Shown here piece by piece: positions 1 to 9,849 of a stretch of 39,732 bases of DNA. How positions within the stretch are numbered: position 1 is the stretch's first letter; each line of letters opens with the position of its first letter. This DNA is from a virus. Lineage: Duplodnaviria > Heunggongvirae > Uroviricota > Caudoviricetes. Made by a program: the position numbers and the translations under genes. Where the stretch lies: positions 1-39,732 of IMG/VR virus record IMGVR_UViG_3300028955_000061; one strand, written 5' to 3'. The notes beneath the pieces are model-generated. The model worked only from the letters and a program-made list of their open reading frames with translations. It ran no database searches and was not told the origin of the DNA.

Positions 1-1236
1 CTACGATAACCGCGCATTCAACATGGCTATCTGTTCGTCGTTCATGTCATCAATCCACATACCGTAAATTTCATACACCATCTGCGCAGTTTCATGCCCC
101 ATTTGGCTGGCTATAAATGCCGGGTTCGCTCCTGCCGTCAACAGCCAGCAGGCAAAAGTATGCCGCGTATGGTACGGATTACGGCGGCGAATACCAGCAC
201 GTTTTACTGCTGCATTCCACCTTGCCCCCAAACTGCTTACCGAGTAATAAGGTTTTTGTTTTCCGTTACACACCCTGGGCATGAAAACAAAATGCAGTTT
301 TTGCTTTTCGGTTCTGCCGTACTCCCGATGATAAAAGGTGATTTCGCTTTTGCGATGATGCCCGGTCAGTTTGTATTGCTCCTTCAGTGCTTCAAGAGCA
401 GGCTGCAGTAGTGTTACTGTTCGGATCCCGGCATTTGTTTTTGGGGGACCGAACATATCAAGTATCGTCAGGTTTCTTCTGACATTCACTATTCCCTTTT
501 CGAGATCCACATCCTCCCACGCCAGAGCTGCCAGTTCCCCGTGACGAAGTCCTGAGTAAACGGCAAATTTCCACAAGTTCTGGCTCTGTCCTTTTTCACT
601 TTCCATTAATGCATTGAATTCTGTTTTAGATAACGGATCAGGCTTTATTCTGTTTCGCTGTAATTTTTTTACTCCTTCAAATGGTTTAGTTGATATAAAT
701 CCCGACTGATACGCAAAACGCAACAGCGAACAGAGCAGGGCGATATAGTTATCAACTGTGCGCACGGTTCTTCCTTTTTTGTTGGATCTTGGATTATCCA
801 GGTAAAGCGTTTCTCCATGCAGCAGTTCATTCCGGTAGTTTAAGATATCGCTATAACGAATATGTGATATCGGGGTACTTTCACAAATTATTATTCTGAG
901 TGTTTTTAATTGTGATTTCGTTTTCTTCATTGTGTTTGTTGTTAACTCTGTCTCTTTAATTTTTGTCCAGATATCACAAAGCTCTCCGAACGTTTTTATG
1001 ACTCTCGTTGTCACCATTTTTGCCCCAGTGCTGGACTGGGGAAAACGTCTTAAATACTCAAATTCACCGGAGTTTATTTCATGAACTATCAGCGATCTTA
1101 AATTTCCGGCCTTTTTAATATTACTGTTTGTAATCTCCCAGCCTTTTAATGTTTCCCGACATCGTTTTCCTCGAAACATGAACCAGATGCGAATGTATCT
1201 ACCTCTAATCTCGACACCTGTTGGTAATTTAGACAT
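1..1236 (-). CDS. intR: Tyrosine-type phage integrase (Rac IntR-like), 411 aa
   Basis: Full-length 411-aa ORF, stop at 1-3; C-terminal HTRHTFA...Y region typical of tyrosine recombinases; recalled identity to Rac IntR; first gene next to xis. Confidence 0.9.
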   Translation of the reverse strand: MSKLPTGVEIRGRYIRIWFMFRGKRCRETLKGWEITNSNIKKAGNLRSLIVHEINSGEFEYLRRFPQSSTGAKMVTTRVIKTFGELCDIWTKIKETELTTNTMKKTKSQLKTLRIIICESTPISHIRYSDILNYRNELLHGETLYLDNPRSNKKGRTVRTVDNYIALLCSLLRFAYQSGFISTKPFEGVKKLQRNRIKPDPLSKTEFNALMESEKGQSQNLWKFAVYSGLRHGELAALAWEDVDLEKGIVNVRRNLTILDMFGPPKTNAGIRTVTLLQPALEALKEQYKLTGHHRKSEITFYHREYGRTEKQKLHFVFMPRVCNGKQKPYYSVSSLGARWNAAVKRAGIRRRNPYHTRHTFACWLLTAGANPAFIASQMGHETAQMVYEIYGMWIDDMNDEQIAMLNARLS

Positions 1237-1237
1237 A

Positions 1238-1453
1238 TCATGAGTCTTTGATAAACTGATTTATCTTTGGATAGTTGTACCAGATAATCCCTCGTTTGCT
1301 GTCTGGCTTACCTAAAGGAGATACTCGTTTGAAGTGGAAGCCCTCCACCCAACAGTTCTGGCGGTATGCTTCAATTTGTCTGGCCCCCAGACCAGTGCGA
1401 AGCATCAGGCCGTATTCAACCATCCACTCTTCATTAAAGATTACTTGTGCCAT
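1238..1453 (-). CDS. xisR: Excisionase (Xis-like), about 71 aa from internal Met MAQVIF
   Basis: Small ORF immediately upstream of int on the same strand; GAGGTG ribosome-binding site about 7 nt before the ATG at 1453; the track ORF extends to 1477. Confidence 0.75.
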   Translation of the reverse strand: MAQVIFNEEWMVEYGLMLRTGLGARQIEAYRQNCWVEGFHFKRVSPLGKPDSKRGIIWYNYPKINQFIKDS

Positions 1454-1531
1454 CGCATCACCTCTGGCAGGCGCCAATGTTAGACTGAAATTGACGCCCG
1501 ATGTTGATTATTAATAATCAGCTATGAAGTT

Positions 1532-1741
1532 TTAATTTGAATACAATGCAATTCTCGAGGACTGAAGTTTCTCGCAATTAAAATTTATCAGTTTTACTTT
1601 CTGCTCTCTGGAAACGCCTGCTTCTTTTTTACCTGAGAGCATTTTTTCGCATTCTGATTTCGTTAGTTCAGATTTTGAATATCTTGTCCAGTTAGTAGGA
1701 GTGCCACCTTCCTTTTCAATAGTGGCGGTAATTTTATACAT
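1532..1741 (-). CDS. ydaC: Small Rac early protein (YdaC position), 69 aa from Met MYKITAT
   Basis: GGAGG ribosome-binding site 5 nt upstream of ATG at 1741; synteny between xis and lar; the track ORF 1532-1813 would overlap lar if started earlier. Confidence 0.55.
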   Translation of the reverse strand: MYKITATIEKEGGTPTNWTRYSKSELTKSECEKMLSGKKEAGVSREQKVKLINFNCEKLQSSRIALYSN

Positions 1742-1928
1742 GAACACCTCCATTATTATTTCCAGTGGTTCGTTTATTCCATCTTTCGAGTGCTTCTTTT
1801 TCACTTCCACCATAACCGGTTCGGGATTCGCATCCGTTACACTTCGCTCGGTAATATCCTGAAATGGCTTTCACCGTTACTGATGGACAACCACAAAATG
1901 GACATGGTTTAACATTGTCATATCTCAT
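1734..1928 (-). CDS. lar: Lar/RalR restriction-alleviation protein (type I toxin RalR), 64 aa
   Basis: Sequence MRYDNVKPCPFCG...CNGCESRTG with a Cys4 cluster matches the recalled Rac Lar/RalR; sits just upstream of recT as in K-12. Confidence 0.8.
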   Translation of the reverse strand: MRYDNVKPCPFCGCPSVTVKAISGYYRAKCNGCESRTGYGGSEKEALERWNKRTTGNNNGGVHV

Positions 1929-1984
1929 AATTTTTCTCATAAAAAATATTTCAAGTTGGCGGTGCATTACACCGCCAGGCTGAA

Positions 1985-2794
1985 TTATTCCTCTGAATTA
2001 TCGATTACACTGTATTCCCCGGTTAATACAGAGGAATCTGCAGGATCGATTGTCAGTGGTTCCTTTTCATCCATTGATACTGCACGCTGGATCTCAATTG
2101 ATACGGGCAGATATTTGAACAGGCGACGAATAGCCGTTTTCTTTGCCATTTCTTCCCAGTGAGTTACCCACGGCCCGTTATTACCAGCTTTACTCAGGCT
2201 GCGCACCAGCTCAATCTGTTTGCGCGTCATAACTTCAAACTGAGTACCTCCGTCTTTCAGTCTTGCGACAGCATAGACGTGGGTAACCGGGGCATCTTCG
2301 TTTTCTCCCGGGCGGTGTATTAACTTTTCATCAAGGCCAAATTCGAAGCTAAACTCGTCACCTTCACGGACAACACGGGCTGACAGGCTGGCGATTTGAC
2401 CAGAACGGCGAGCCAGATCAATCATGCCGCGATAGCCAATGATTAGCTGAACGTTCTTTTTACCGCTCTTTTCGTTTTTATTACCAAAAGGCAGTAAATA
2501 TGCATGACCGAGGGCGCTACCTGGCTCAAGTCCGAGCTGTGAACACTGTACGATCGCACTGACAAAACTCATAGTGTCACAGTTTCCTAACGCCGGAACT
2601 TTACGAATTTCTGTGGTGGCGATACGGATCATACGTTCAGCCGTCATATGGCGTGGAAGAGCTGCTGCCAGTTGCTCTTTCATTGATGGCTGGTTAATAA
2701 AACTAATCACGTCGCTATTTTTAACTGCTGCTGGTGCACGGTTTCCCTGAGTTTTTTGCAGATCGGCTTTTGCGATTGGTGGTTGCTTAGTCAT
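1985..2794 (-). CDS. recT: RecT single-strand annealing recombinase, 269 aa
   Basis: Translation from [24 protein letters not shown] onward matches recalled E. coli RecT end to end; the track ORF has a 19-aa N-terminal extension. Confidence 0.95.
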   Translation of the reverse strand: MTKQPPIAKADLQKTQGNRAPAAVKNSDVISFINQPSMKEQLAAALPRHMTAERMIRIATTEIRKVPALGNCDTMSFVSAIVQCSQLGLEPGSALGHAYLLPFGNKNEKSGKKNVQLIIGYRGMIDLARRSGQIASLSARVVREGDEFSFEFGLDEKLIHRPGENEDAPVTHVYAVARLKDGGTQFEVMTRKQIELVRSLSKAGNNGPWVTHWEEMAKKTAIRRLFKYLPVSIEIQRAVSMDEKEPLTIDPADSSVLTGEYSVIDNSEE

Positions 2795-5387
2795 TTGCAT
2801 ATTCCTTAGCCCAGCGGGGCAGTGATAATGTCTTAATAGCTGGCCATTCATCGGTATTCAGGCAGTCAGACAGGGTTCGCAGATTGCGGTGATATTCCTG
2901 TTGACCTGCCAGTTTTGCTTCTTCGCCCATCATGAAAATTTCAACCGGATAACGTCCGCATTCAATAGTTGTGCTGGCAACCAGAAAAACGAAAGTTGGC
3001 TGCACTCCAAACTGTGCTTCATAACCGTCACTGTAGAATGCATCCTGAACGTGATAGCGGTAGTCGTAATAAGCGGTTTTGAATCGTTGAATATCCGCCG
3101 TAGTTTTCACGTCCATGATCCAGTGAAATTCAGGGATAATTTTGTCCGGACGGCACCGACACAAAATTCCTGTTTCAGGATCTTCCCAGTAAATTGATGA
3201 TTCAGCGTGTCCGGCGCTTTCAACAAGCCATTGCCCCAGCGGCAAAGCCATAACGCTTTGATACATGAGTTCAATTTTCCGGCCTTCTTCCGCAGTGATA
3301 ACCGTTTTTCCTGTGCTTGCGCATTCCATCAGAAACGCTTTCTCTTCTTCTTTTCCGGCGTTTGTACGGCGGTTAAATTCAGGTGCTACGATAAAGCGGT
3401 TACTGAATTCTTCCGGTTCAAGTACCCGGCAGTGGAAAGCAGTTCCTAAATCGAGCGTTTTTGTCTTTGTGGTGTCCACGGGGGCATTTTTACGCCACAA
3501 ATATAGTGCCGGAGTATCAGCAATGTCATCGAGCTGAGACTTACTGATACCGGGACCCGCGTGGTAATTCTCATTCGAAATTCCGTAATAAATACCTGGC
3601 TCTATGTCTTCTACGATTACGGGATCTGCGACTTCGCCAGTTTCATCACTGCAATCGTGATGCGGATCGCTGCCAGCATTCTCATTGTGCGGATGTTCAG
3701 CGCCTTCCATTTCCTCCGGATCATTTTCCTTAGCTTCAACCTGACTCTCTTCATCGAATGTTTCCTGGTATGTTGCGTCGCCCATCACCGCACCACAGTC
3801 AGGGCAGTTATCCCCGCCAGTCTGGCCGCAGGCATTGCAGGCTATTTCCGGTTCCTGTTGCACTACTGGCTCAGGTTGATTCATATCTGGGCTGGTTTTT
3901 TCCGTTTCTGGCTGGTTCTGGTACACACAATCGCGAGTCTGGATCCCCTTTACCCATTTCGGATCGTTCGGGTCGCTAATTCCGTCAACAAATTCACCAC
4001 GTGATGCAGCAAGCAATTTATCGGCATCGACAGGATTTTTTGATGGAATGTTTTTCCGGGCTTCATGGAGTTCTGCCCGCAGTTCCTGATATTTCGCATC
4101 AACAGAATTTACCTGTGACTGAGCATCCAGCGGCTGCGTGTCCTGATGATGTTCAGTTGCGTCCGGTTCCATTGTTTCAGCTTCTCCCTGTTCAACTGCC
4201 GTTGTTCCAGATGGTTGCGGTTTTTCTTCATCATCCTGTTTTCCTTCTTCTGTTACTCGCTGCGGCATCGGGGCAGAGGAGCGACCGCAGGCAATATCCA
4301 CGATTTCCGGATCAGGGTTGGCATGATCGGTTTCAGTCAGTACTTTGTTCAGATATTCAGTGACGTGCGCGGGGATGACCTCGATCCCAATTGGTGCTTC
4401 TTTTACGGACGCAACCACGATGGCGCGGGAATAATCCAGCCCGCCAGGCATGGTGATGAATTTGTCGCGGAAAACAGAAAAGGGCGGTTTATTTTCAGCG
4501 ATAATTTCCTCAATGCGTTTAGCGTGTGCCGGATGAAGGTTATAGATGTCCAGATCCATTGAACGGGCCAGTACGCCAGTGGCTACGTCGCGCGCCAGTG
4601 ACGTCAGATCGTGTACGAAACCTTCGCCGCGATCGGTGAGGTTTCCGCCGCCAGCATTAGCACCGGAAGCCGTGCGAGTGATGTGTGAAACACGATTACC
4701 CTTCATCCACTCTTTTGTCAGCAGTCCTCGATCGGTGTAGTCAGCGTTCAGGTATGCTTCGAAAAAAGCAGTTATCAGTCCCAGGTTTGAATTACCAGGA
4801 TTAGGGAAAACTTTGTCAGTGTCACGAACCAGTTTGTGGAGTTCGCGAATTTCCAGCGGGTCGAGCAGGCTGGTTTTGTGGGAAACAGCCAGGGCAGTAA
4901 CAGCCGGTAGTTCTTCAGCCCGAGCAATGTGTAATGCCTGGAGTCCGTCGCGTGAAACGTGCGTTACCGGTTTTTCGCTGCCGTGTTGAGCAAGCCAACG
5001 AATGGGCAGTTCCTGGCCAGAAATTGGGATTAGCATATTCTCCTCAATCTCAGTCATGTCTTCGCCGTTGACGTTGGTATTGCCTTGATAATGAGCGTTG
5101 TCTGGTGCTGCTCCCGGTTTTAGTTCCCATGTCATGGAGTCTTTGCTGAGTTGATAGCGTTCACTCCAGGTAAAATCGATCTCACCTTCAGCGGGCAGGT
5201 CATTAACGACAGGAAAATTCGTGGCAACAGCTTTAAAATAGCTGCTCAGTTTTTTACCTGACTTAACGATCAGGTAGTCCAGAGTGGCACAGGTCGATTC
5301 AAAATCGTTGCTTGCCCACAGGACGACGTCAGGTTCACCGGATGATTTTTTCGCTTTCCGTAACAGGAAGAGTGGTTTTGTGCTCAT
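2787..5387 (-). CDS. recE: RecE exonuclease VIII, 866 aa
   Basis: 866-aa ORF, the length of K-12 RecE; its start overlaps recT by 8 nt, the classic recE-recT arrangement. Confidence 0.95.
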   Translation of the reverse strand: MSTKPLFLLRKAKKSSGEPDVVLWASNDFESTCATLDYLIVKSGKKLSSYFKAVATNFPVVNDLPAEGEIDFTWSERYQLSKDSMTWELKPGAAPDNAHYQGNTNVNGEDMTEIEENMLIPISGQELPIRWLAQHGSEKPVTHVSRDGLQALHIARAEELPAVTALAVSHKTSLLDPLEIRELHKLVRDTDKVFPNPGNSNLGLITAFFEAYLNADYTDRGLLTKEWMKGNRVSHITRTASGANAGGGNLTDRGEGFVHDLTSLARDVATGVLARSMDLDIYNLHPAHAKRIEEIIAENKPPFSVFRDKFITMPGGLDYSRAIVVASVKEAPIGIEVIPAHVTEYLNKVLTETDHANPDPEIVDIACGRSSAPMPQRVTEEGKQDDEEKPQPSGTTAVEQGEAETMEPDATEHHQDTQPLDAQSQVNSVDAKYQELRAELHEARKNIPSKNPVDADKLLAASRGEFVDGISDPNDPKWVKGIQTRDCVYQNQPETEKTSPDMNQPEPVVQQEPEIACNACGQTGGDNCPDCGAVMGDATYQETFDEESQVEAKENDPEEMEGAEHPHNENAGSDPHHDCSDETGEVADPVIVEDIEPGIYYGISNENYHAGPGISKSQLDDIADTPALYLWRKNAPVDTTKTKTLDLGTAFHCRVLEPEEFSNRFIVAPEFNRRTNAGKEEEKAFLMECASTGKTVITAEEGRKIELMYQSVMALPLGQWLVESAGHAESSIYWEDPETGILCRCRPDKIIPEFHWIMDVKTTADIQRFKTAYYDYRYHVQDAFYSDGYEAQFGVQPTFVFLVASTTIECGRYPVEIFMMGEEAKLAGQQEYHRNLRTLSDCLNTDEWPAIKTLSLPRWAKEYAND

Positions 5388-5488
5388 TGTTTTTTAACCT
5401 CAACTCAGATTAAAATTCGTTTTGTTCAGTGAATGATCTTGCCGGATACACACTGTTCATAGCCTGCGCCATACGCAGGCTATTTCTT

Positions 5489-5764
5489 TCAGATTTCACC
5501 TTTTAATTTCATTGCAATTAGAGTTGCCAGAAATTCGGCTTTTTTTTCTGCGGGCAGATTCTTTCCGATATGCACCAGGCACATTTTTTTGACACCTTCA
5601 TCAAGTGTTTTTACGTTGCCTGATGGACCATCGATATCAACCACAGTGAATGGGGTTTCTTTATTTTCTGTTTTAATTACGTAGCCAATGCGCTTTCCTT
5701 CCAGATTCACCTCGTGAACAATGTCATCGGTAGTTACAACAGTGGCTTCATAATTGGTAATCAT
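5489..5764 (-). CDS. racC: RacC, 91 aa
   Basis: Translation MITNYEATVVTTDDIVHEVNLEGK... matches recalled RacC; located upstream of recE. Confidence 0.85.
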   Translation of the reverse strand: MITNYEATVVTTDDIVHEVNLEGKRIGYVIKTENKETPFTVVDIDGPSGNVKTLDEGVKKMCLVHIGKNLPAEKKAEFLATLIAMKLKGEI

Positions 5765-5838
5765 GTTTTTCTCCTTAATTAAGGTTGAGCGAATACCTGC
5801 CATTTCTGGCATAAATTCAGTTTCGAATAGTCAATTAA

Positions 5839-6015
5839 TTAAAGTTCATGTGCCATCTGGTCTTTTTCGGCACAAGCTTCACTGCAATATTTTCTCGGTT
5901 CGTCTTTTGATAAAATCCCGTGCATGAAGTGAAGCATTCTTTCAATAGCTTTGCTTTCTTCAACGTCTTTTTTGCAAAGGTGGTAAGCACATTTTATTTT
6001 CTTAGTCATCACCAT
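5839..6015 (-). CDS. ydaE: YdaE small Cys-rich (zinc-binding) protein, 58 aa
   Basis: Hand translation of the minus strand gives [58 protein letters not shown]; absent from the ORF track because it is under 60 aa. Confidence 0.75.
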   Translation of the reverse strand: MVMTKKIKCAYHLCKKDVEESKAIERMLHFMHGILSKDEPRKYCSEACAEKDQMAHEL

Positions 6016-6230
6016 GACTCCGCCTTTACAGGTAAACCATCACGACCGAGGAAGACTTTAATCATGCGGTCAGTAATGCATGTTTTTGTGGTCAGGTTAC
6101 GAATATATAGTTTTCGCTTTTTAATATTGTTTGCCGAGGCAATATATGTCCGGCCTTCATGAAGAACATAATCGCCAGGAGTCACACACTGACGTGGTAT
6201 TTCATCAGTTCCGAAGTGATGTGCAATCAT
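6009..6230 (-). CDS. kilR: KilR killing protein (FtsZ inhibitor), 73 aa
   Basis: Translation [35 protein letters not shown]... matches recalled KilR; the internal Met is used as the start. Confidence 0.85.
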   Translation of the reverse strand: MIAHHFGTDEIPRQCVTPGDYVLHEGRTYIASANNIKKRKLYIRNLTTKTCITDRMIKVFLGRDGLPVKAESW

Positions 6231-6671
6231 AATTATCTCCATTTTTACAAATGAACTTTGTTGATGCGGTGCCTGGTGCCTCCAGGTGACTGCAACCAGT
6301 TAACAATTACAGTCGGCTTTCCCACCCAAACCAATAAGGACTAACATGACTTTTAACTGTGCCACGTGCGCTTAGCCGCATTCACCGCATCACAAAATTC
6401 ACTTTAAAAAGGGCGGACATCAGCCGAACTTCAAGAAAAAAACTGATGCCGCCAGGACTACACACAGCAATGTCGTTATTTACAACCGGAGGCGCACTCC
6501 CACCATTTAAATTTAACAGACAAGACCGACTCTTTATGGATATCGGAAATGCGCCTTCGTGTTGTGCCCGGTTTTATTTCACCACCTCCGGGCTTCGGTG
6601 GTCTCGGCTATACCCCTACAGCGAGAGCTTGTGTTAACATTTCAATACCCTTACAGTTGAGAGTTATTGAT

Positions 6672-7160
6672 ATGTTGGATGTATTTACTCCATTGTTGAA
6701 ACTTTTTGCTAACGAGCCACTCGAAAGACTTATGTATACGATTATCATTTTTGGTCTCACTCTCTGGCTGATACCGAAAGAGTTTACTGTCGCATTCAAT
6801 GCTTATACTGAAATACCTTGGCTCTTTCAGATTATCGTTTTTGCCTTTTCTTTCGTGGTCGCCATTTCCTTCTCAAGATTGCGAGCACATATTCAAAAGC
6901 ATTATTCATTACTACCAGAGCAACGAGTATTGCTTCGTTTATCTGAGAAAGAAATCGCTGTATTTAAAGATTTCCTTAAAACAGGAAATCTTATTATCAC
7001 TTCTCCTTGCCGTAACCCGGTTATGAAAAAATTAGAACGGAAGGGCATCATTCAACATCAGAGTGATAGCGCAAACTGTTCTTATTATCTCGTCACCGAA
7101 AAATACTCCCATTTTATGAAGTTATTCTGGAACAGCAGGAGTAGACGTTTTAATCGTTAG
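6672..7160 (+). CDS. sieB: SieB superinfection exclusion protein B, 162 aa
   Basis: Translation MLDVFTPLLKLFANEPLERLMYTIIIFGLTLWLIPKEF... with transmembrane segments; start ATG at 6672 inside the longer track ORF. Confidence 0.9.
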   Translation: MLDVFTPLLKLFANEPLERLMYTIIIFGLTLWLIPKEFTVAFNAYTEIPWLFQIIVFAFSFVVAISFSRLRAHIQKHYSLLPEQRVLLRLSEKEIAVFKDFLKTGNLIITSPCRNPVMKKLERKGIIQHQSDSANCSYYLVTEKYSHFMKLFWNSRSRRFNR

Positions 7161-7393
7161 CTTACTGTGTGCTTCTCCAACCATCGGCGCGCACCATTTT
7201 CGGTTTTAAACGTTTTGCTTTTTGTATACGTCATTGCGGTGAAGGTGCCGTCCTGGTTTGGAAACACGCCGTACACCAGAGATTCGTTGTTGCCAAGATC
7301 GATAGTATCCATGCTGACCTCATTTCCCCTTAACGCCGGGGTAGCGGAACAAAAACCTGCTGCATAGTTATTAAAGTTGAACCCTGCCGTCAT
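7157..7393 (-). CDS. Small protein in the ydaF/ydaG position (78-aa ORF; alternative start at internal Met giving 51 aa)
   Basis: Only ORF between sieB and racR; assigned by synteny with K-12 ydaF/ydaG; start codon uncertain. Confidence 0.5.
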   Translation of the reverse strand: MTAGFNFNNYAAGFCSATPALRGNEVSMDTIDLGNNESLVYGVFPNQDGTFTAMTYTKSKTFKTENGARRWLEKHTVS

Positions 7394-7492
7394 GTTCTTA
7401 CGCCTCGGGCTGGCTACTTAACCCCTGACCACTGCCTGGTAACTCGAAGTATTGCCCGGCGTTCTGTGGGGCGGGGTGGGTGGTATGCTGGA

Positions 7493-7522
7493 ACTATAGG
7501 TAATGCCTAATTGATTGTCAAT
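7493..7522 (-). promoter_or_regulatory. PL-like sigma70 promoter for the leftward early operon: -35 TTGACA, 17-bp spacer, -10 TATAGT on the minus strand
   Basis: Read on the reverse complement: ctaTTGACAatcaattaggcattaccTATAGT; the -35 lies inside the 24-bp operator copy. Confidence 0.55.
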
Positions 7523-7537
7523 AGGCTATGCCTAATG
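7514..7537. promoter_or_regulatory. OL-like operator: 24-bp element attgtcaataggctatgcctaatg, perfect inverted copy of the 8160-8183 element
   Basis: Exact 24/24 reverse-complement match to 8160-8183; contains the dyad AGGC-N3-GCCT and a TTAGGC half-site. Confidence 0.65.
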
Positions 7538-7631
7538 TTTTGAGCGTAACCTAATAGGTGATGGCGACAGCAGAAAGTGATGGGGGGGTTAAATAACGGA
7601 ATCCAGGAGTTTTCCGTCAGACCATATAAGT

Positions 7632-8108
7632 TTAAGTTCCAGTTTTTGTGATGTTCTGGCTTTTCCGTTCAGATTCAAGAGCTTTCAGATACTTACCCAC
7701 TTTCATTTCCATCGCTGCTATGTAGGCGCGAACATCGTGGTCAACCCAATCTGGTTCTGTAGCATTTCCAGATAACAGGAAAGCTACAATCGCTCTTATT
7801 TCATCAGAGGCTGCTTGATAAAGGTTGTTTATATCTAAAAGTTCACTTTTTGTATCTGAATTGGTGGGGGTTGGTATGGGGTATTCGTTAAGCCCCCAAT
7901 GCTCTGGACCAACAACATCAGAAAAGAAACGCCATAATTCTGGAAGTTTATCTTTACTTATAGAGCCTTTCTTAATCCAGTCATAAATTGATGGTGGTTG
8001 GACTTTAAAGTGGCGTGCGACCTCCGCCTTTGATTTGACGGATCCCGATGCGATTTTTTTGTTAATGGCCTGCTCTATCGCTCGGCCTAAGTCTTTACCA
8101 CTAAGCAT
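7632..8108 (-). CDS. racR: RacR prophage repressor (CI-like), 158 aa
   Basis: 158-aa ORF with an N-terminal HTH (PSIYDWIKKGSISKDKL); divergent from ydaS; flanked by operator repeats. Confidence 0.9.
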   Translation of the reverse strand: MLSGKDLGRAIEQAINKKIASGSVKSKAEVARHFKVQPPSIYDWIKKGSISKDKLPELWRFFSDVVGPEHWGLNEYPIPTPTNSDTKSELLDINNLYQAASDEIRAIVAFLLSGNATEPDWVDHDVRAYIAAMEMKVGKYLKALESERKSQNITKTGT

Positions 8109-8135
8109 TGCTTAATATTCTCCTATGCGCATTAC

Positions 8136-8205
8136 ATTAGGCAATCCCTACCCTTACTGCATTAGGCATAGCCTATTGACAATTGCGTTAGGCGTCGCCT
8201 AATAT
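8136..8205. promoter_or_regulatory. OR-like operator cluster with PR-like promoter (-35 TTGACA about 8176-8181, -10 TAATAT about 8200-8205) toward ydaS and a divergent PRM-like region toward racR
   Basis: Three TTAGGC-containing sites: about 8137-8146, the 24-bp copy at 8160-8183, and the palindrome ttaggcgtcgcctaa at about 8188-8202. Confidence 0.6.
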
Positions 8206-8231
8206 TTCTGTGTGTTTTTGGAGTTCATTCG

Positions 8232-8528
8232 ATGAAAAAAGAGAACTATTCATTCAAGCAAGCTTGTGCTGTTGTCGGTGGGCAATCAGCAATGGCTAGG
8301 CTTTTAGGTGTATCACCTCCAAGCGTAAATCAATGGATCAAAGGGGTACGTCAATTGCCTGCCGAGAGATGTCCAGCAATTGAACGTGCAACAAGAGGTG
8401 AGGTTCTGTGCGAAGAACTTCGTCCTGATATTGACTGGTCATATTTACGACGTTCGGCATGTTGTTCGCAGAATATGTCAGTGAAGCAACTAAATGACAG
8501 TAACAAATCCTCATTTGATCATACCTGA
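8232..8528 (+). CDS. ydaS: YdaS Cro-like HTH regulator, 98 aa
   Basis: First rightward gene after the operators; HTH-like segment QSAMARLLGVSPPSVNQWIKG; matches recalled Rac YdaS. Confidence 0.85.
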   Translation: MKKENYSFKQACAVVGGQSAMARLLGVSPPSVNQWIKGVRQLPAERCPAIERATRGEVLCEELRPDIDWSYLRRSACCSQNMSVKQLNDSNKSSFDHT

Positions 8529-8550
8529 AACATCAAGAGGCAAATGATTC

Positions 8551-8973
8551 ATGAAAATCAAGCATGAGCACATCGAATCAGTGTTGTTTGCCCTAGCAGC
8601 CGAAAAAGGGCAGGCATGGGTAGCCAATGCAATTACTGAAGAATATCTGCGCCAGGGGGGCGGCGAATTGCCCCTGGTTCCAGGCAAGGACTGGAACAAT
8701 CAGCAGAATATCTATCACCGTTGGTTGAAAGGTGAAACGAAAACGCAAAGAGAAAAAATTCAGAAGCTGATCCCAGCAATTCTGGCAATCCTTCCGCGCG
8801 AGCTGCGTCACCGACTCTGCATCTTCGATACCCTGGAACGCCGTGCATTACTGGCGGCGCAGGAAGCGTTAAGTACGGCAATTGATGCGCATGATGATGC
8901 AGTCCAAGCCGTTTACCGGAAAGCGCATTTCAGCGGCGGCGGTTCTTCCGACGATTCTGTCATTGTTCATTAA
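8551..8973 (+). CDS. ydaT: YdaT (CII-like / toxic protein of the racR-ydaS-ydaT module), 140 aa
   Basis: Synteny and length match Rac YdaT. Confidence 0.85.
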   Translation: MKIKHEHIESVLFALAAEKGQAWVANAITEEYLRQGGGELPLVPGKDWNNQQNIYHRWLKGETKTQREKIQKLIPAILAILPRELRHRLCIFDTLERRALLAAQEALSTAIDAHDDAVQAVYRKAHFSGGGSSDDSVIVH

Positions 8974-8985
8974 GCAAAAGTTTCC

Positions 8986-9843
8986 ATGCTGTTTGTGCTT
9001 ATTCTAAGCCACCGGGCAGCATCATACGGGGCAATTATGGCCGCATTACCATACATGCAACTGTACATAGCTGATTACCTGGCTGACACCATGCATTTGT
9101 CAGCAGAGGAGCATGGTGCGTATTTGTTGCTGATGTTCAATTACTGGCAAACAGGAAAGCCAATACCTAAAAACAGGCTGGCAAAAATTGCCCGTCTGAC
9201 TAACGAGCGATGGGCTGATGTTGAACCATCCTTGCAGGAGTTTTTTTGCGATAACGGCGAGGAATGGGTGCATCTTCGGATTGAGGAAGATCTGGCATCA
9301 GTCAGGGAAAAATTAACCAAAAAATCAGCCGCAGGAAAAGCATCTGTTCAGGCCAGAAGAAGCAGAAAGGAAGCAGATGTTCAAACAAAACAAGAGAGAA
9401 ATTTAACAGGTGTTCAAACAGATGTTGAAGTGGTGTTTGAACATGATGTCAACACAAAGGCAACTAATAAAGATACAGATAAAGATCTAAAAACAGATCC
9501 CCCCCTAAATCCCCCCCGGGGGAATCGAGGTGTCAAAAAGTTTGACCCTCTGGATATTACTTTGCCGAACTGGATTTCTGTCTCGCTTTGGCGTGAGTGG
9601 GTTGAATTTCGCCAGGCATTGCGAAAACCGATTCGAACGGAGCAGGGCGCTAACGGGGCGATACGGGAGCTGGAAAAATTCCGCCAGCAGGGTTTTTCAC
9701 CTGAGCAGGTGATTCGACACAGCATCGCCAATGAATACCAGGGCTTGTTCGCGCCGAAAGGTGTTCGACCTGAGACGTTACTCCGACAGGTTAACACCGT
9801 CTCGTTACCGGATAGTGCGATCCCGCCAGGCTTCAGGGGGTAA
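8986..9843 (+). CDS. ydaU: YdaU replication initiation-like protein (lambda O analogue, DUF1376), 285 aa
   Basis: Position upstream of the DnaC-like gene; iteron-like repeats and an AT-rich tract lie inside the coding region. Confidence 0.8.
   Translation: MLFVLILSHRAASYGAIMAALPYMQLYIADYLADTMHLSAEEHGAYLLLMFNYWQTGKPIPKNRLAKIARLTNERWADVEPSLQEFFCDNGEEWVHLRIEEDLASVREKLTKKSAAGKASVQARRSRKEADVQTKQERNLTGVQTDVEVVFEHDVNTKATNKDTDKDLKTDPPLNPPRGNRGVKKFDPLDITLPNWISVSLWREWVEFRQALRKPIRTEQGANGAIRELEKFRQQGFSPEQVIRHSIANEYQGLFAPKGVRPETLLRQVNTVSLPDSAIPPGFRG
9376..9498. repeat. Iteron-like degenerate repeats of (G/A)ATGTTCAAACA followed by an AT-rich tract; candidate replication origin inside ydaU
   Basis: gatgttcaaaca at about 9376, ggtgttcaaaca at about 9409, gatgttgaag at about 9421, inverted tgtttgaaca at about 9434, gatgtcaaca at about 9445, then an AT-rich stretch to about 9498. 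Confidence 0.4.
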
Positions 9844-9849
9844 CTGACC

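Noticed and set aside
2889-4740. Multiple plus-strand ORFs (64-147 aa) inside recE
   Set aside because: Antisense or out-of-frame relative to the full-length 866-aa RecE; no ribosome-binding sites and implausible composition
6359-6637. 92-aa plus-strand ORF in the kilR-sieB intergenic region
   Set aside because: No ribosome-binding site, odd composition, and it runs into the sieB start; the same roughly 430-bp gap exists in K-12 Rac, so the region is more likely regulatory. A hairpin accacc...ggtggt at about 6581-6602 was noted but has no T-run
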